Of a stretch of DNA of 64,000 nucleotides, positions 12,938 through 25,605 are shown one piece after another. Position numbers and translations under genes: made by a program. The DNA comes from Phallusia mammillata (taxonomy: Eukaryota): NCBI GenBank assembly GCA_965637545.1, contig OZ281500.1, positions 8,246,001 to 8,310,000 of the forward strand, written 5' to 3'. Position 1 is the first letter of the stretch. The number at the start of each line of letters is the position of its first letter. Under the pieces are notes generated by a model that did not search any database, was not told where the DNA came from, and saw nothing but the letters and a program-made list of their open reading frames with translations.

Positions 12938-14631
12938 TTACAACTTCAGAATGGTTGGAGCAATCATTTTGGAAGTGGCATAATATTCGCAAGATGAAGG
13001 AGGCTGGTTTTCGATCACAGTGGTGGTGATGTTTTTCTCAGAAAATCCAGCTTCTACCAAATGTTTTACCTGCGTTTCCTGTTAAAAACATCAACAAATA
13101 TGGTGTTAGAAATACATTAGAGCAATTTTAAATAATTGGGAGGGATAAAGATAAGTGAAAAAAAATTCTTACATTCCAGCTGCTATACAATTGCCTTGTA
13201 GCCTATGCATCTTTTTTAAATAAAAACAAAAATAACCTGAAACATTTTATTGATGTCGGTGTATTTAGTTTTCATAAAGTCACCCCACGATGTCAGATTG
13301 CAGTAAGTTAGCACCCCGCCTGGTTTTAGCAGCCGGTAGGCATGTTCCTTGATGAAGTTAAACTGGTGGGTGTGCCACTCTTTTTCCGACAACGGGTAGG
13401 TGTCGTACAAGATACCTGCAAAACATAGACAAATAAACTTTAAACATGTTCGGTGCAGCTTTGTAGCTCTTTCAATTACATACCACTGAAGTGATTGCTT
13501 GGGAGGCATGACACTACATCTTCCCACATTCCTTTCAATGGAACAACCTTTAGAATCAAGCAGAAATATTTAAACTTGCAGACAAGTACAAAACACATTA
13601 TTTTAGCTTACATTATGAGGTTGTCTTTCACCCCAGCGCTGCAACCTTTCAAACACGCCGTCATTGCACTCAATAATCCAGTGATCAGAAATATCTCCTT
13701 CTTGCATCTTTGTGGCAGCAATTGCCATTCCAAACCCAATTTCCAAAACATGCCCGCCTAGTAAATTGTACAATTATGTCCCAGCAGTTTTATTAGTCTG
13801 TTTAGTATTTGAAATCTAGTTAATTGAAGTCATGAGAATTCGAAGGCACTTAGTGGTTCAAGACTAAGCGTACGGGAACCATAAATAGCTGTTTACTAAG
13901 AAGCGGTCAATAAAGAACCATGGCCAAATTTATGCGGGTCATAAACAGGTTTTTTTTAGGCGGCACTTTTGTATTCTTGGTGTTAGTGTCGCAATAACAA
14001 TATGTGACTACGTAACAATAAGTTTAAAATTAGATTCACAGAACAAACAGAAGGTGACAATGACGTCATAAACAAGTTCCATCAACTCACACAACTCATC
14101 ACAATAGTTAAACACGTTTTATGTCGTATGCATTTGAAGTCAGGATATTTAACGTTTGAGATTATTAGAACACAGAAAAACATGAAACGGCTTGACGCAC
14201 ACTTCGCTAAAATCATGTCGCAGACCGCATATGTCATACACAAGTCACCTCGTGTCATACACGCGATCTAATTTTGGCTTTTGTATTTGGCCCCACAGTA
14301 AAAAGGTTGCCCACCCCTGCCTTACAGGATTTAACAGAACAGAGTTTCTAAAATTGGGTGGCATAAAAACCTGCTACTCCAGATTGCTAGGTGTTTAAAA
14401 TTTGCAATACTCTTAAACTGTACTATGAAATTTATTGCTGAATGCATTCTGACCTTTGCTGGATGCAATTTTTGCCAGAAGATGCATGTACGGCGTTTCC
14501 CATCTTTCCATGACAGGTTTACCCAGAATCTTGAGGTTTGAATCACTGTCGTCGTAGTCGGCACTTGCTTCAGTCCATTTTGGTTTGCAGTTTTCATCTG
14601 CCCCAAAAATCGGCTTCATCGCTTTCTGCAT
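12938..14631 (-). CDS. GAMT: Guanidinoacetate N-methyltransferase; exons 14631-14454, 13757-13612, 13547-13484, 13415-13237, 13078-12938
   Basis: Motifs [66 protein letters not shown]. All introns are GT-AG and phases are consistent. Confidence 0.97.
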
Positions 14632-17600
14632 TGCTTACAATGTAATAACCTTTCAATAGTTGCTGGTTAGCAACGGTAAACTTAGCGCTTGTTAACACAT
14701 TGGCTTGTGGGGTGAATAGCACTCAACACAGTCTGCTTCCTGCATACAGAGTACCTTTTTCTTTTTACTGCAACTTAGCAAATTTACAGACACAAAGGTC
14801 AACACGTGGCCTTAAAAACGACGCGTGAAACTTTTACAGAAGTCGGGTCCCAAGTTCGCACAGCAATGAACTTCGGCAAAAAATATGTCATAAAAGCGGG
14901 TTTTAAGCAAAGGAGATACGACTTAAACAACTGTTTATTTGGGTAACGATGTATTGGGAGACATTCGAAAAAATATGGCCTAGTAAAACAAAATAAAAAA
15001 ACACTTTCATGGCTTTTACAGCTTGGCTATTTTTTTTTATGTACATAATTTATAAATGCCCCCTTCAAATAGACAAAAATCAAAATGATCTTATTTCACG
15101 TACAATATCAATGTGATAATTGATGTTTTAGCGCTTAAAATACAAAAATGCTAATTCAACATGATACCACTAACTGCAGATAGTACACATTGCCTTCAAC
15201 TTAGTACTCGGGCCAAAACTGCAATTCACGCTCGGTGTATTGTGACGGTCACGCACCGCTTCCATTCACATGATGTTTAATACTGATTTTAATGATCCTT
15301 TTGTAGCTCCTAGCCTAGCGCCGTATTTAACCTGTAGAGATACTTCGAAATAGCCTGCACCTCACCAAGTAAAGTTTTTTTGGTGTACTTATAATCTTAA
15401 CGTGGTTCTTTTAAAAATCATACTGGTTGCAGATTTTCAACTGAACATGTACACCAGCAGCCAGGCCTTTCACTTGATTGGTTATAATCGCATCCTGGGA
15501 ATCAAATTACATTGTTTCAATTGTTTGAGACCTTTTACGTTTTACTGTTGTCACGAAAGCAGTAAGATACTTAGATTCAGTAGCAAGAAGTGTCGAAGTG
15601 GTCTCTATTGTCTGTTTCAAGATGGTTATGGTCTTATTTTAAAACTTCCAACCATTGTTTGCCTCACATTTTAAAATCGTGAGCGTTGAAGGGTCACGGA
15701 ATCAAGCCCTTGGTGGAGGTGCTGAGCTGCCTTATAAAATATTAGCAGCCATCTGCAAAGAAGTATAATATAATTTCACGGCTGACTATTTGTCATAATC
15801 CATTTATTAGATTAGAAACCGTTTAACAATTAATATCCACCGACATATCCCAATAACTCTGCAGAGGATTTGCACAATTTCAGGGCCTAGATGTGAAAAT
15901 TGTGCACAGAGAATTAACATTAAATTAACTGTTTTACAGGTATTATCTTTTATAGCAGTCCACTTTACTTTGTTTCCCGATAAGCAGGTTTAAAAGGAGC
16001 TGTTTCATTAAAAACCACTCAGGAATAGCATGCAATATACGGAGAATAGGTCACGTGGCAAGCTCCAATGAGGCAAAGTAGTTGTCGTTGTTTTTTGAAC
16101 GAAATTCAAAATACGCTAAAAAGCTGTTAAAACATATATTACAAGTGTAAACTTTTTTGGTGAATAAGATAAGTTGGCACTGATTGTAAGCTTGAGTGCA
16201 GAATTAGTTACCTCTCCAGTATTAAGTGCTCTATACTCAAAATGCTGGCTACAAATTCCTACGATTATTTTGCAGATATATAAAAATTATTTCAAAAATT
16301 ACTGAGCGATATGTCTTAATGCCAACTAAATTTTTATCTGAAAAATGCATGACGAGACAATATAAGAAGGTGAATTACTGTGCTGTTATTATGTTTTACT
16401 CTTTGTTTTTACTTACAGAAGTTTACTGTCTGACGCAAAGCAAACGAGTGTACAACGTTACAACGCACATAAAAAGCAACGAAAATGTTGACGTTTATCA
16501 CTTATGAAACGCTATAACTATTATGATTTTAAATATGTGCAATTTTTATTGCAAAAGAAACCAAAAATCATTGATGATGAATATTTTCTCTCATACTGTC
16601 TTGCTCATTCCTACTCGGTACTAGGCCCGTTTTGCATATCCCTTCATCAGGTGTGTCACACTCGGGGTAAATTCTAATACTTTTTTGTCATAAAATATGC
16701 TTCACAGTTTGCGATCCTTGTGCTTTAGGAATTTTGAAAGAGGTAGAACACATATCTACAATGAAATTTTGATTTTGTGAATATTGAATCATATTTTTGT
16801 AAAAAATATTTTTTCTTTAAGGTCTGATAAAACTTGACGTCAAGAGACCTGCAAAACGTCAAGAGACCTATTTTCCAATAGTATTAAAATAAGTCGCTAG
16901 GTAGAGCAGGAGATCTCATTGAGCAACAGAATTTGTATGCATCACCTGCTGTGCTTCACGGGCAATATAAAGTGATCGGTCCTAGGTTTGATTTTCAACA
17001 TAAGTATACGATTTTTCGAAAAAAAGGTTCTGTCAGGTTATCTCAGAAATTTTAATATCTGCCGCCATATCTCTTTGGCAAAATTAAATATTTACAGAAA
17101 CTTTTCTTTACATTTCGCAGATAAATATTGTGGTGTCGATTTTTTATGATCATGTTCTTTACACAAACTTTTTTGCGTTGATCATGACTAGCATTGGTAT
17201 TATTACTTGTTAACATAACTTTCAACACAGTCGGATTTCGAAGTAGGCTAACAGTTTTTTTATTATTTCCTAGTTCTCGCGAACTATGCGATACATCGAA
17301 ACGAAAAGCTATTCGGAGATGGATTTATTGGCGAATTTTTTACAACAAAACAGTGGCGAATTGGAGCAAATATGTCGCAGCAAAATTGTTGATTTTATTA
17401 GGAATTGTAAATAGTATAGGCGTGACTGGTTCTGTGACACGCAGGTATTTTATCCTACATAGTTGATCGAAGTCAAATCAATAGGATGACCCTTTTTGAC
17501 GTAAAAACCAATAGATGTTTCTCAGATCTATATACCCCTATTACCTCTGTCTAATTTTATAGCCTGTAAGTTGGTGGTTGTCTGTTTAAATTTAAACTAA

Positions 17601-20541
17601 ACGCAGTAACCCTCTGTCGCCCACTCATACCAACGTATAACAAATAAACTACTATATGGATTACGATTGTTTACCCGACAAAAAAAACCTTATCCACACC
17701 GTATTATGTTGTTCGGGAAAATATATGTTAATTTTGATGTTTCGAACCAAGTGGCAGGTAAAACTAAATGGACGCCATGGATTTGTTGCAGGAAAGAGTT
17801 TTATAATTTGCGATTTGTCGCCGAAATTTCATGTCCTTTTGTAGGACGATTGGTGAAAACTATAGACAATGTAGAATGAGGCGGGTCGCGTCCGTAAAGC
17901 CTAAAGTTTAAACTTTTTCAGAAAAAGGAGCAATGTACACAAATTACTTTACACTATGTCGAAAAAAACACCTACAGAAAAATAAATTCACTAGATCACT
18001 TAGGGTATTTAAGACCGAAGACCTTTTACTAAATGTTTTTATGAATGAGTAAAGAAAGTACCAACCGGTATTGCTTTCAGTTGCGGTTGTTTCAGCTTCG
18101 GTAATTTTCGGAGCTAAGTCCCTGTGGTAAAATGATGTCATCAAGGCAACTTTTTTACGCTTGAACTTATTACTAATTTTTTTGTCTGTCTTCCCAATTC
18201 CTGAAATATAAATCTTTTTTGTAAAATTATTGAATCCAGGCAATGCGCATAAACATCTTTAACATTAAGTTGCAGTAAATAGAATATTTAGAACCGTTAA
18301 GTTCATGAGCACCATACACGACTCAATTTCAACAACAACAAAACTTCTTAGTAGGCTATAACTTTGGGTTTAAATAACGCGCATTGACAATTTAATGATT
18401 CAAAACTTCAAACTGTAAAACTACTTCAAAACTGTAGTAAAACGGTAACAGGTAATTGTATAAAATGTGCATGAAAAAATGTGTATATCTTACGTCTAGC
18501 TACGAGGTTTTGTCTACAATGTTTTGCTGTAGTATACGCAACCCCCGGACGATCTTAATGGGTTATTCACCCGTCAGAGTTGTATACGGCATATGGCTAC
18601 ACAGAAACTGTAGAATCAAACTATTGTCAGTCAAAACAATTCCTGCATTAAGTCAGAGCCTCCTTTGTTTAACTTTCTGAACAAAATCTTTTTCGCGAAA
18701 AATCCATTTCTATGCTGGGCATTTTTTTACAATTTTTTTCTCCAGCAGCATCGTGCTTGAAATTGCTTCGCTTCTTCATCGTTGCGGGCCAAACGATCCA
18801 TTCTTTAACAACTTAATATAAATGACCACTGCTTTTCGCTTTCGCACCAGCTTTTTGTCATGTAATAGACAACTTAATTTTATGTTTTTGTTCAGGTTCC
18901 ATTAGGCAATCAAAAAAGACAGTCTGATGTGCCGTTTGACTAAAAACATGTAATATCCTTAGTCTGTCTGTTTGAAGAACCGTTTTTGGACAAAGCAGCA
19001 ACACACACGAGTTATTACCACATTCCACAGTGCAAATTTTGAAATCAGATTTTATCGTTTTTTATAGACGTGTTGTAAAATCGGCTAGCAAAATTCATCT
19101 ATGTGTTTAATCGATTAATTAGGCAAACAAATTATCGAAGATTTAGTGCTTTCAGTTGCAATTGTTTTTATCTTCGGTAATTTTGCTTAAATTGGAAATA
19201 CCGACCAGAAAATGACAAAGTTCCAGCAAAATGGCACTGTTGTTTGGAATGATATTTTCGGCAAAAAGAAATATTTGTAGTCTACTGTTGCAAAAATGTT
19301 AACTTTTGTAAAGGTTCTACTGTACATCCATGTTGGAGCTAATTGCGTACAAAAACTTAATCTAAACTACAAAGTCTCCATAATAAAATAATACAGTTCG
19401 GGGTTATTTCGGGATTCGTAACCAAGAGGCCCATAAGAACAAATTTCGATCAGGATTTGTTAGGCCTATATATGGGTCAGGTGTCTAGTACCATTCGGCC
19501 AAGTACCTACCCTGTTTTGAATCAAAGAACCGCGTTTATAATCATACACCCCTAATCGGGATATTTTTCTGCCCCGTTTAAAATCATCCATAATTACCCA
19601 TTATTAACCATAGGCATTTTCGTCTTTTTCTGTTCGAAAACTGAACATTCGCGCATGTTTGGATTGCAACATTTCAATTAGTGATTTGTTCACGGAATTA
19701 CTGACATAGGTTTAAAGCTGCATGGAATTGTCATGTCTGGCAACAGGGACTTTCCCTCAAATGCTCGTTAAATTCCCACCGTGGTGCAAAGGGACACCCC
19801 TCTCAATAAACTTAAAGACGAAATGTAGTTGGTTTAAAACCGCACTGTGATAAATGTCATCAATTTTTGTAGCTTGATTTGCTTTTAAACTGTAAAACGG
19901 GCCCAGTGAGATTATGTCAAAATGTTAAAATTATGCGCACATGACAAAAAACTTAATTATAGAAATCAGAAAATCAGAAAACCAAACATATTTCGCAAGT
20001 TTTTAGAAAACCTCGGGCCCCTGATGCAACTTCGACGCACCCACCCAAAACATTTGTCCACTACTGTCAAATCAAAATAGTCGCATTTAAGGGAATTCAC
20101 CCTTTCCTCAAAAATTTGGAGACCCCTAGGAACCTTGGGGCAGTTTCGAAAACACGGAAATACCAGGTGATGAACCAAGAGTAATAAAAGTGCTTTAAAT
20201 TGTTTTTGTGGTCAATTTTCTTCCTTCGGTAAACAGAACCCATCGTAGTAGTAAATCAGTTCCTACGTCTGTTTGAGTGGGCGGGATACCTCAATACGCC
20301 ATAATACGCCATTGCTTTGTATCAGTTTACTGCCAAACTAAATTGGTAATCTGTTAAAATTTATTTAAATAAAAACAAAGCACATAAAAAGACAGCAAGT
20401 CAAGGCCATACGAATGTACTACGAAATAGTAATGAATCGTATAAAGACAACATTGATAAAACATGTTGGCAAAAATATATGTATTTCTCTATGGACAAAA
20501 TGGTGCGAATCATTCCGGTTGGTAGATGGGCTTGGGCAACG

Positions 20542-21075
20542 TCACGCGTCTTGTATGAACGATTTTGCGTTCGCTTTAATTGTCAAACTTGATTGAGGTC
20601 TTGACCTCAGTAGTCCACCGATGTTGATCAGAATCTTTGAAACATTTTTTTGGCTTCGCAAAACACGGAATCCGAGTCGTTTCGAGATCGACTCAACAAT
20701 AACATCAGCCTTGCTCGGTGATGATGCGGCTCTCACCTTGCCGTTGCTTCTTAAAAACCATCTCTTGTTGCTGCCCGGAAACACGTACTCAAACGTGTAA
20801 CAGTCTTCATCGTGCGCACAGCCTTGTTCTCGAGTCCGGCAAATCCATTTTGCCTTATCTAGGTCCTTGTTTTGAACTGAGACAAGATCCACCTTACGCC
20901 AGAAGCCGGTCTTCCTTGGCACGGCGTAACGACCGCTGATTCGAATGTAGCATTCGTCATCTGCAGTTGTAGATCGTTTAACCAACGACGACAAATCACC
21001 TTTTAGTGAAGCAGCCGAGCACAAATGCTGGAGAATCAGAATAAGGACAAAACTTGTCCGTATAAATTTATTCAT
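20542..21075 (-). CDS. Unrecognised intronless secreted protein, copy A (177 aa from MNKF; signal peptide, LVKR site, 4 Cys in the mature part)
   Basis: Intact ORF with a hydrophobic N-terminus ending CSAAS. A close paralogue lies at 29258-29803 and keeps an open frame despite many substitutions. TATA-like box about 115 bp upstream. Confidence 0.85.
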   Translation of the reverse strand: MNKFIRTSFVLILILQHLCSAASLKGDLSSLVKRSTTADDECYIRISGRYAVPRKTGFWRKVDLVSVQNKDLDKAKWICRTREQGCAHDEDCYTFEYVFPGSNKRWFLRSNGKVRAASSPSKADVIVESISKRLGFRVLRSQKNVSKILINIGGLLRSRPQSSLTIKANAKSFIQDA

Positions 21076-21185
21076 TTTATCTCGCAATACAGAAAAAAAG
21101 TTTCACAGAATAAACAACTTGCTACAAGAAATGATGTTTCGACTAATGGTCAAATGATTGTGAGGTTTCAGTGTAGCCTGTGCCC

Positions 21186-21267
21186 TATTTAAACCCAGCA
21201 GGCTGCAAATTCCCCAAATAAAATTCAAGCGTGTTGCGTACCAATGCAAAACGTGGAAGGCGAAACC
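21186..21267 (-). promoter_or_regulatory. Promoter of copy A: TATA-like TTTAAATA, kappaB-like GGGGAATTTG, CCAAT and GGTTTCG motifs
   Basis: TATA-like 21186-21193, kappaB-like 21206-21215, CCAAT 21241-21245, CGAAACC 21261-21267. The same order recurs upstream of the pseudogene (22849-22936). Copy B (29908-29995) keeps the TATA, kappaB-like and GTTTCG motifs. Confidence 0.5.
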
Positions 21268-23023
21268 TCAGGTAGCTTGTACGTAGGATGAGTAATATAA
21301 GATTTTCCACGCAACCTGCGTGAGATGTTGGCCTTTACATTATTTCAAGTTACTGCTGATTTGTTTCAGTGCGTGATGAAGTTTTACTTCGCACCTCAAT
21401 GGTATCACCTAAAAATATCAGCTACTCGATCGTCATGGTGTTAAGTGGCCATTTTGCTCCAAGGAGTATAGTTTTGGAAATAAAGTGGATTTCCCCAAAA
21501 ACATTTATTGGAAATGCTCTGGACAGGTGGGTCTCCAAACTTTCTTTAACGGAGGACAACTTTTGTATAGTTGGAGGCTACGGGGCTCTCGTTTGGGGGC
21601 ATTCCCTATCAAGAAAATGTTATTTGTTGAGCGAAAATGGACAAACGGTTTCTTTGGAATGTGAACGGGGTTTATGATTGAAGCAGAGGTCAATATTACA
21701 AAAACATTTCACTAAATTGCTTATATTGGTCGGTTAAAGAGATGTAAAGACAAATTTTCCAATTTGCTGAAGGGGGTGTTCACTTTGATAATAATCACTG
21801 CATGGGTAAGGTAATCAGAGGCATTTTGAATATCGATTGACTTACTGTGTAAACAAATTGTCGGGGTCATTTGCTTTTGGTTTCCCCCGATTAACCTTTC
21901 GATTTAGATAAACACAAAATCCCAACGAAGAAGGCAATGGTTTCATGGAAAGGAGATTTAGATTAAATTTGATATTTGGTTTCCATTTTCGCTGCCTCTT
22001 TATTTTTTGCAACGCCCTTTTTAAATACATTATGTGATGTACGGAGTTTTTTCAGTGTCGTAGACAGCCAAAAATTTGATAGGGCAAAATACCTAAAACA
22101 AAGAAAAACACTTCGATTTATTTCCACAAATTGCAAAGTTATAAGCAAAAATAGGGAGCATGATTCCTTGACCACCCTAATGGCATTTGCTTAAATCTCT
22201 AATGGAAAACTTTTGAAGACAGTGTGTATGTATGTGTGTGTATGAAAATCTACTGTATAAAATCTTTCTTAATATTGCAGTAAACGTGACACAAATATTG
22301 TTTAAATTATTGCGTTGTAAAGGTTTTGTGTTTTTAATCAGTTGTATATCATTTTCTGTGCTTGGTACCTAAATATTGATTCCAAACTACTATCTCTTGA
22401 TAATTTTGTTGCATTTAACTGGTCCAATTGGACATTCTATTACAGATTTTGTCGCTACGTGCATTTATCATCCAGTGACAATAGGAGTACATATATGGAC
22501 ATGATTGAAAAGTACAATTTTGGGACGTTTTACAAATGCTAGGGGCTTTTTCAAAACACAAAAATGAATAAACATAGGGTTGTGACTGTAGCATAATTGT
22601 CTTTGGGGCCGCAAAATTTTGTCACCTTCAGGGAGTTTCCCTTACATGTATTTGTTAAACCAATTGGAAGGGGCGCACCCGTTGTTAGCAAGAGAAAAAA
22701 ACACAGCAGATCTGCCTTCTTCTGATTTTATCAAAGCACAACGACAAAATGTTGGTAACTTTGGGGTGATCTCCCTGTAGGTGGTAACTTCTTCCTCAGA
22801 TGGTGTGAAAAAACGTAACGTGTACTCATGGTACGTACATGTAAGTACGGTTTCGCCCACTGCGTTTCGTATTGGTATATACGTAACTCGTTTAATTTAT
22901 GTTTCGGGAATTTAAACTACTGCTGGATTAAAATACGACAGATGCGAATCACCAATTTTACAATCAATCGATCATCAGTCACAGCTTCATCCTTTGTAAT
23001 GGGTTCCTTTTTTGTAAAACAAA

Positions 23024-23406
23024 ATGCACAAATTGTTCTGGGCGCACTTCGCACTAATACTATTTTTCCAAGCATTGTGTATGACAGCTTCACTAAAAGA
23101 AGTTTTATCAACGCTAGTCAAACGATCCACAGCTACATTTGACAAATACTACATACAAATAGGTAGCCGTTGTATGTTCTAAACGTTTGCAGGCAGCACC
23201 AAGATATGGTTTCTAAAGAGCAACGGCAAGGTGAGAGCCGCATTGTCACCGGACAACGCTGATGTTGTTCGATCCCGAAACGAATCGGATTTCGACGAAT
23301 ATTTATGACGAATATTTTATTACACTTCGATGGACAACTGAGGCGAAGACCTCAATCAAGATTGACAATCAAAACGATTGCAGAATCGTTTATACAAGAC
23401 GTGTAA
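23024..23406 (+). pseudogene. Pseudogene of the secreted family (copy C), inverted relative to A and B
   Basis: MHKLFWAHFALILFFQALCMTASLKEVLSTLVKRSTATFDKYYIQIGSRCMF* (stop 23180-23182), then WFLKSNGKVRAALSPDNADVV, a frameshift, and LTIKTIAESFIQDV* ending at 23406. The central YAVPRK...DEDC block is deleted. Confidence 0.9.
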
Positions 23407-23989
23407 AATGGACCAAGCAGTTCTGCCAACACAAACCATATTTTTGTGGGAGATATGTATATACGTTTATGTTTTACCTAATTCTTCAATGTTATTTTTA
23501 TGCGACCATTAAGCTTTTGGTTATGGTACAAACGTCAGCAATTGTTTTAACGTTTTTGTTGAAAAAAATCTGTTTGCAGCAGGTCATGATTTTTATTAAT
23601 CTGCTATGTTTGTCAATAAACCTAAACAGTTTAATTTGTTGCATTTTTGCCAAAACAGCAATGGCGAATTGCAACATATCTTGCCTACTCCCGCCAAGTA
23701 AAAACGTAGTTACTCAACTGCGTTTGTTTACGACATTGTCACAAACGAATTCCTGTTTTCTCGCAGAAAACAAAACATTTACAATCAATTTGCAATGTGC
23801 ATTATCAATTTTTAAAATTTGTTACAAAATTTTCAGTTAATTTGAATTATACTCTTTTACCCTGTTTCGGTCACGACAATTGCAACTGGGCAGCTGAAGG
23901 GTTATTTACATCGCATTTGACAAAAGCAGCGTGATTGTATCGACTGATGCACATCCAACAAAATTACGTGTTTGTTAATTGAAACCAAA

Positions 23990-24325
23990 TCTGGGTATTA
24001 AGCGCTTTTTCGTTTTCGGTTGAACGACATGGGGATAGCACAGTTACTTCCAAGAACTATTTGTTTTAAATTTCACTATCTTAAGTTTTGCCTTTCCAAG
24101 CTTTGTACTTCCAACAAATAAACCTACAATTTGGTCCAGGTTGTCACGCTTAAGTCTGTCTGTTACCAACATGTCTGCATATTATTGGTATGATAAAATC
24201 AAACTTGTACAGTTAGACGAACACAAATTCATAACTGGGATCTGACCCGAAGCGTCTATGCACACCAGTGATGCTTGGAGAAAACGTATTGATTCGGTAT
24301 GCTGCCTCCAAAAGGTCTGACGTAC
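23990..24325 (-). pseudogene. Probable older relic of the same secreted family
   Basis: Collinear blocks in one frame: TFW, FLQASLVCIDAS (vs ILQAALCSTAS), YA, VGL, LGKAK, CY..VQP..KKR, with two in-frame stops and no ATG. A 20-nt DNA stretch matches copy C at 17/20. Confidence 0.4.
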
Positions 24326-24485
24326 TATAATCTTTGCAAGAAAGGCACTTTTACTATATAGGATGACTTATACAATTTTTAAGTCAAAACTTCATTAGGC
24401 CGTTTGTGTTACCAAAAATATCCATTGGTAAAAATGTCAATTCTTTTCGAAACATTTCTTAACTGTGAAAAATTTACATTAGAGG

Positions 24486-25605
24486 TAGGGTTGGGCATTT
24501 GACCGGTCAAGTAAAATCTGGTCAATTGACCGGTCAAATACTTGTCAAATTGGTCAAATATCGGTCAAATACTATACACACTAATAAATCGCATGTTTAG
24601 TTAAAAGTTAGAAGTTTAATCTTCTGCTAAACCTAAAGTAATGGAAATGAAGGTTTCAACTCATGTAAATTTGTTTGTGAAATAGGAAATGTTCAGTTTA
24701 TATTATATTACAGACTTTTCCGACTGCATTGCATGCTTCATTTCATCAATGGCCCCACCTGTACATCTGTATTTTCATTCAGTAATCATATTTGTGAACT
24801 GGATTCTCATAATATTCTATATACATCAGATTAAAGTCTAATTTTGACTGAGATTTAACTGCAAAACTCGCTTATCCTGCTTAAAATCGTAATTTATGCT
24901 GTTAAGCTGTTGTCACATCTCCATTTATGACAAAAAAGGAATATACAAAAGCTTGATATGTACGTACTTTATCCCAATAAGTACTGACCTGTAACTTATC
25001 CACAAAAATCTATTCTTGGCAATTATAAGCTAAATATATAGCTTACAATTTTTTTGGATCAACTATAGAAAAAAGGACTGTAGACCTACAAGTTTACACA
25101 GATGCTTTAAATTATATACTTATATTTTTTATCTGTCAGTAAAAATGTGCAGCATTTGCTAAAATGTCCTAGTAAATACTAATGAACTATCTTCCCTCAT
25201 GGACCTATCACACCCGATTTTTATTAAGATAAAACGGTGCTAGAAGTGATCCAAGTTTTTTAATTGCATTGTAAACCTTGCAAAGTTTGCCATAACAGAA
25301 ATCAGATCTTAATTTCAAGTGAAAAGTATCTCCTAATTGTTATGGGATTTATTTTGAATGAACAAAACACATCTACATTGGCTTAAAAAGCACTTGTTAA
25401 TACAAAAGTATGTCCTAAACTGTTCTACCTGAGGGTTATTAGAAATAAATTACCATTTTCAACAACCAAAAAGCAAGTCCAAGAAAATTTACCACATTTG
25501 ATTTTTAAAATTAAAAATAGTATTTGACCGGTTAAATAAAGTGCTGTCAATTGACCGGTCAATTGACCGTATTTGACCGGTCAATTGACCGGCTTGCCAA
25601 CCCTA
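24486..25605. mobile_element. Non-autonomous hAT element, 1120 bp
   Basis: TIR TAGGGTTGG / CCAACCCTA. Perfect 8-bp TSD ATTAGAGG (24478-24485, 25606-25613). Subterminal palindromes TGACCGGTCA at 24500, 24527, 25552 and 25574. No long ORF. Confidence 0.92.

Noticed and set aside
15330-16510. Several plus-strand acceptor/donor pairs divergent from GAMT
   Set aside because: No continuous reading frame. At most a non-coding transcript.
17656-17879. WTPWICC motif reminiscent of WAPHICC in some DNA-transposon proteins
   Set aside because: The flanking residues do not continue the similarity. Too short to call.
23262-23840. 192-aa plus-strand ORF
   Set aside because: Its start is the out-of-frame tail of pseudogene copy C running into AT-rich 3' flank. 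No recognisable protein.
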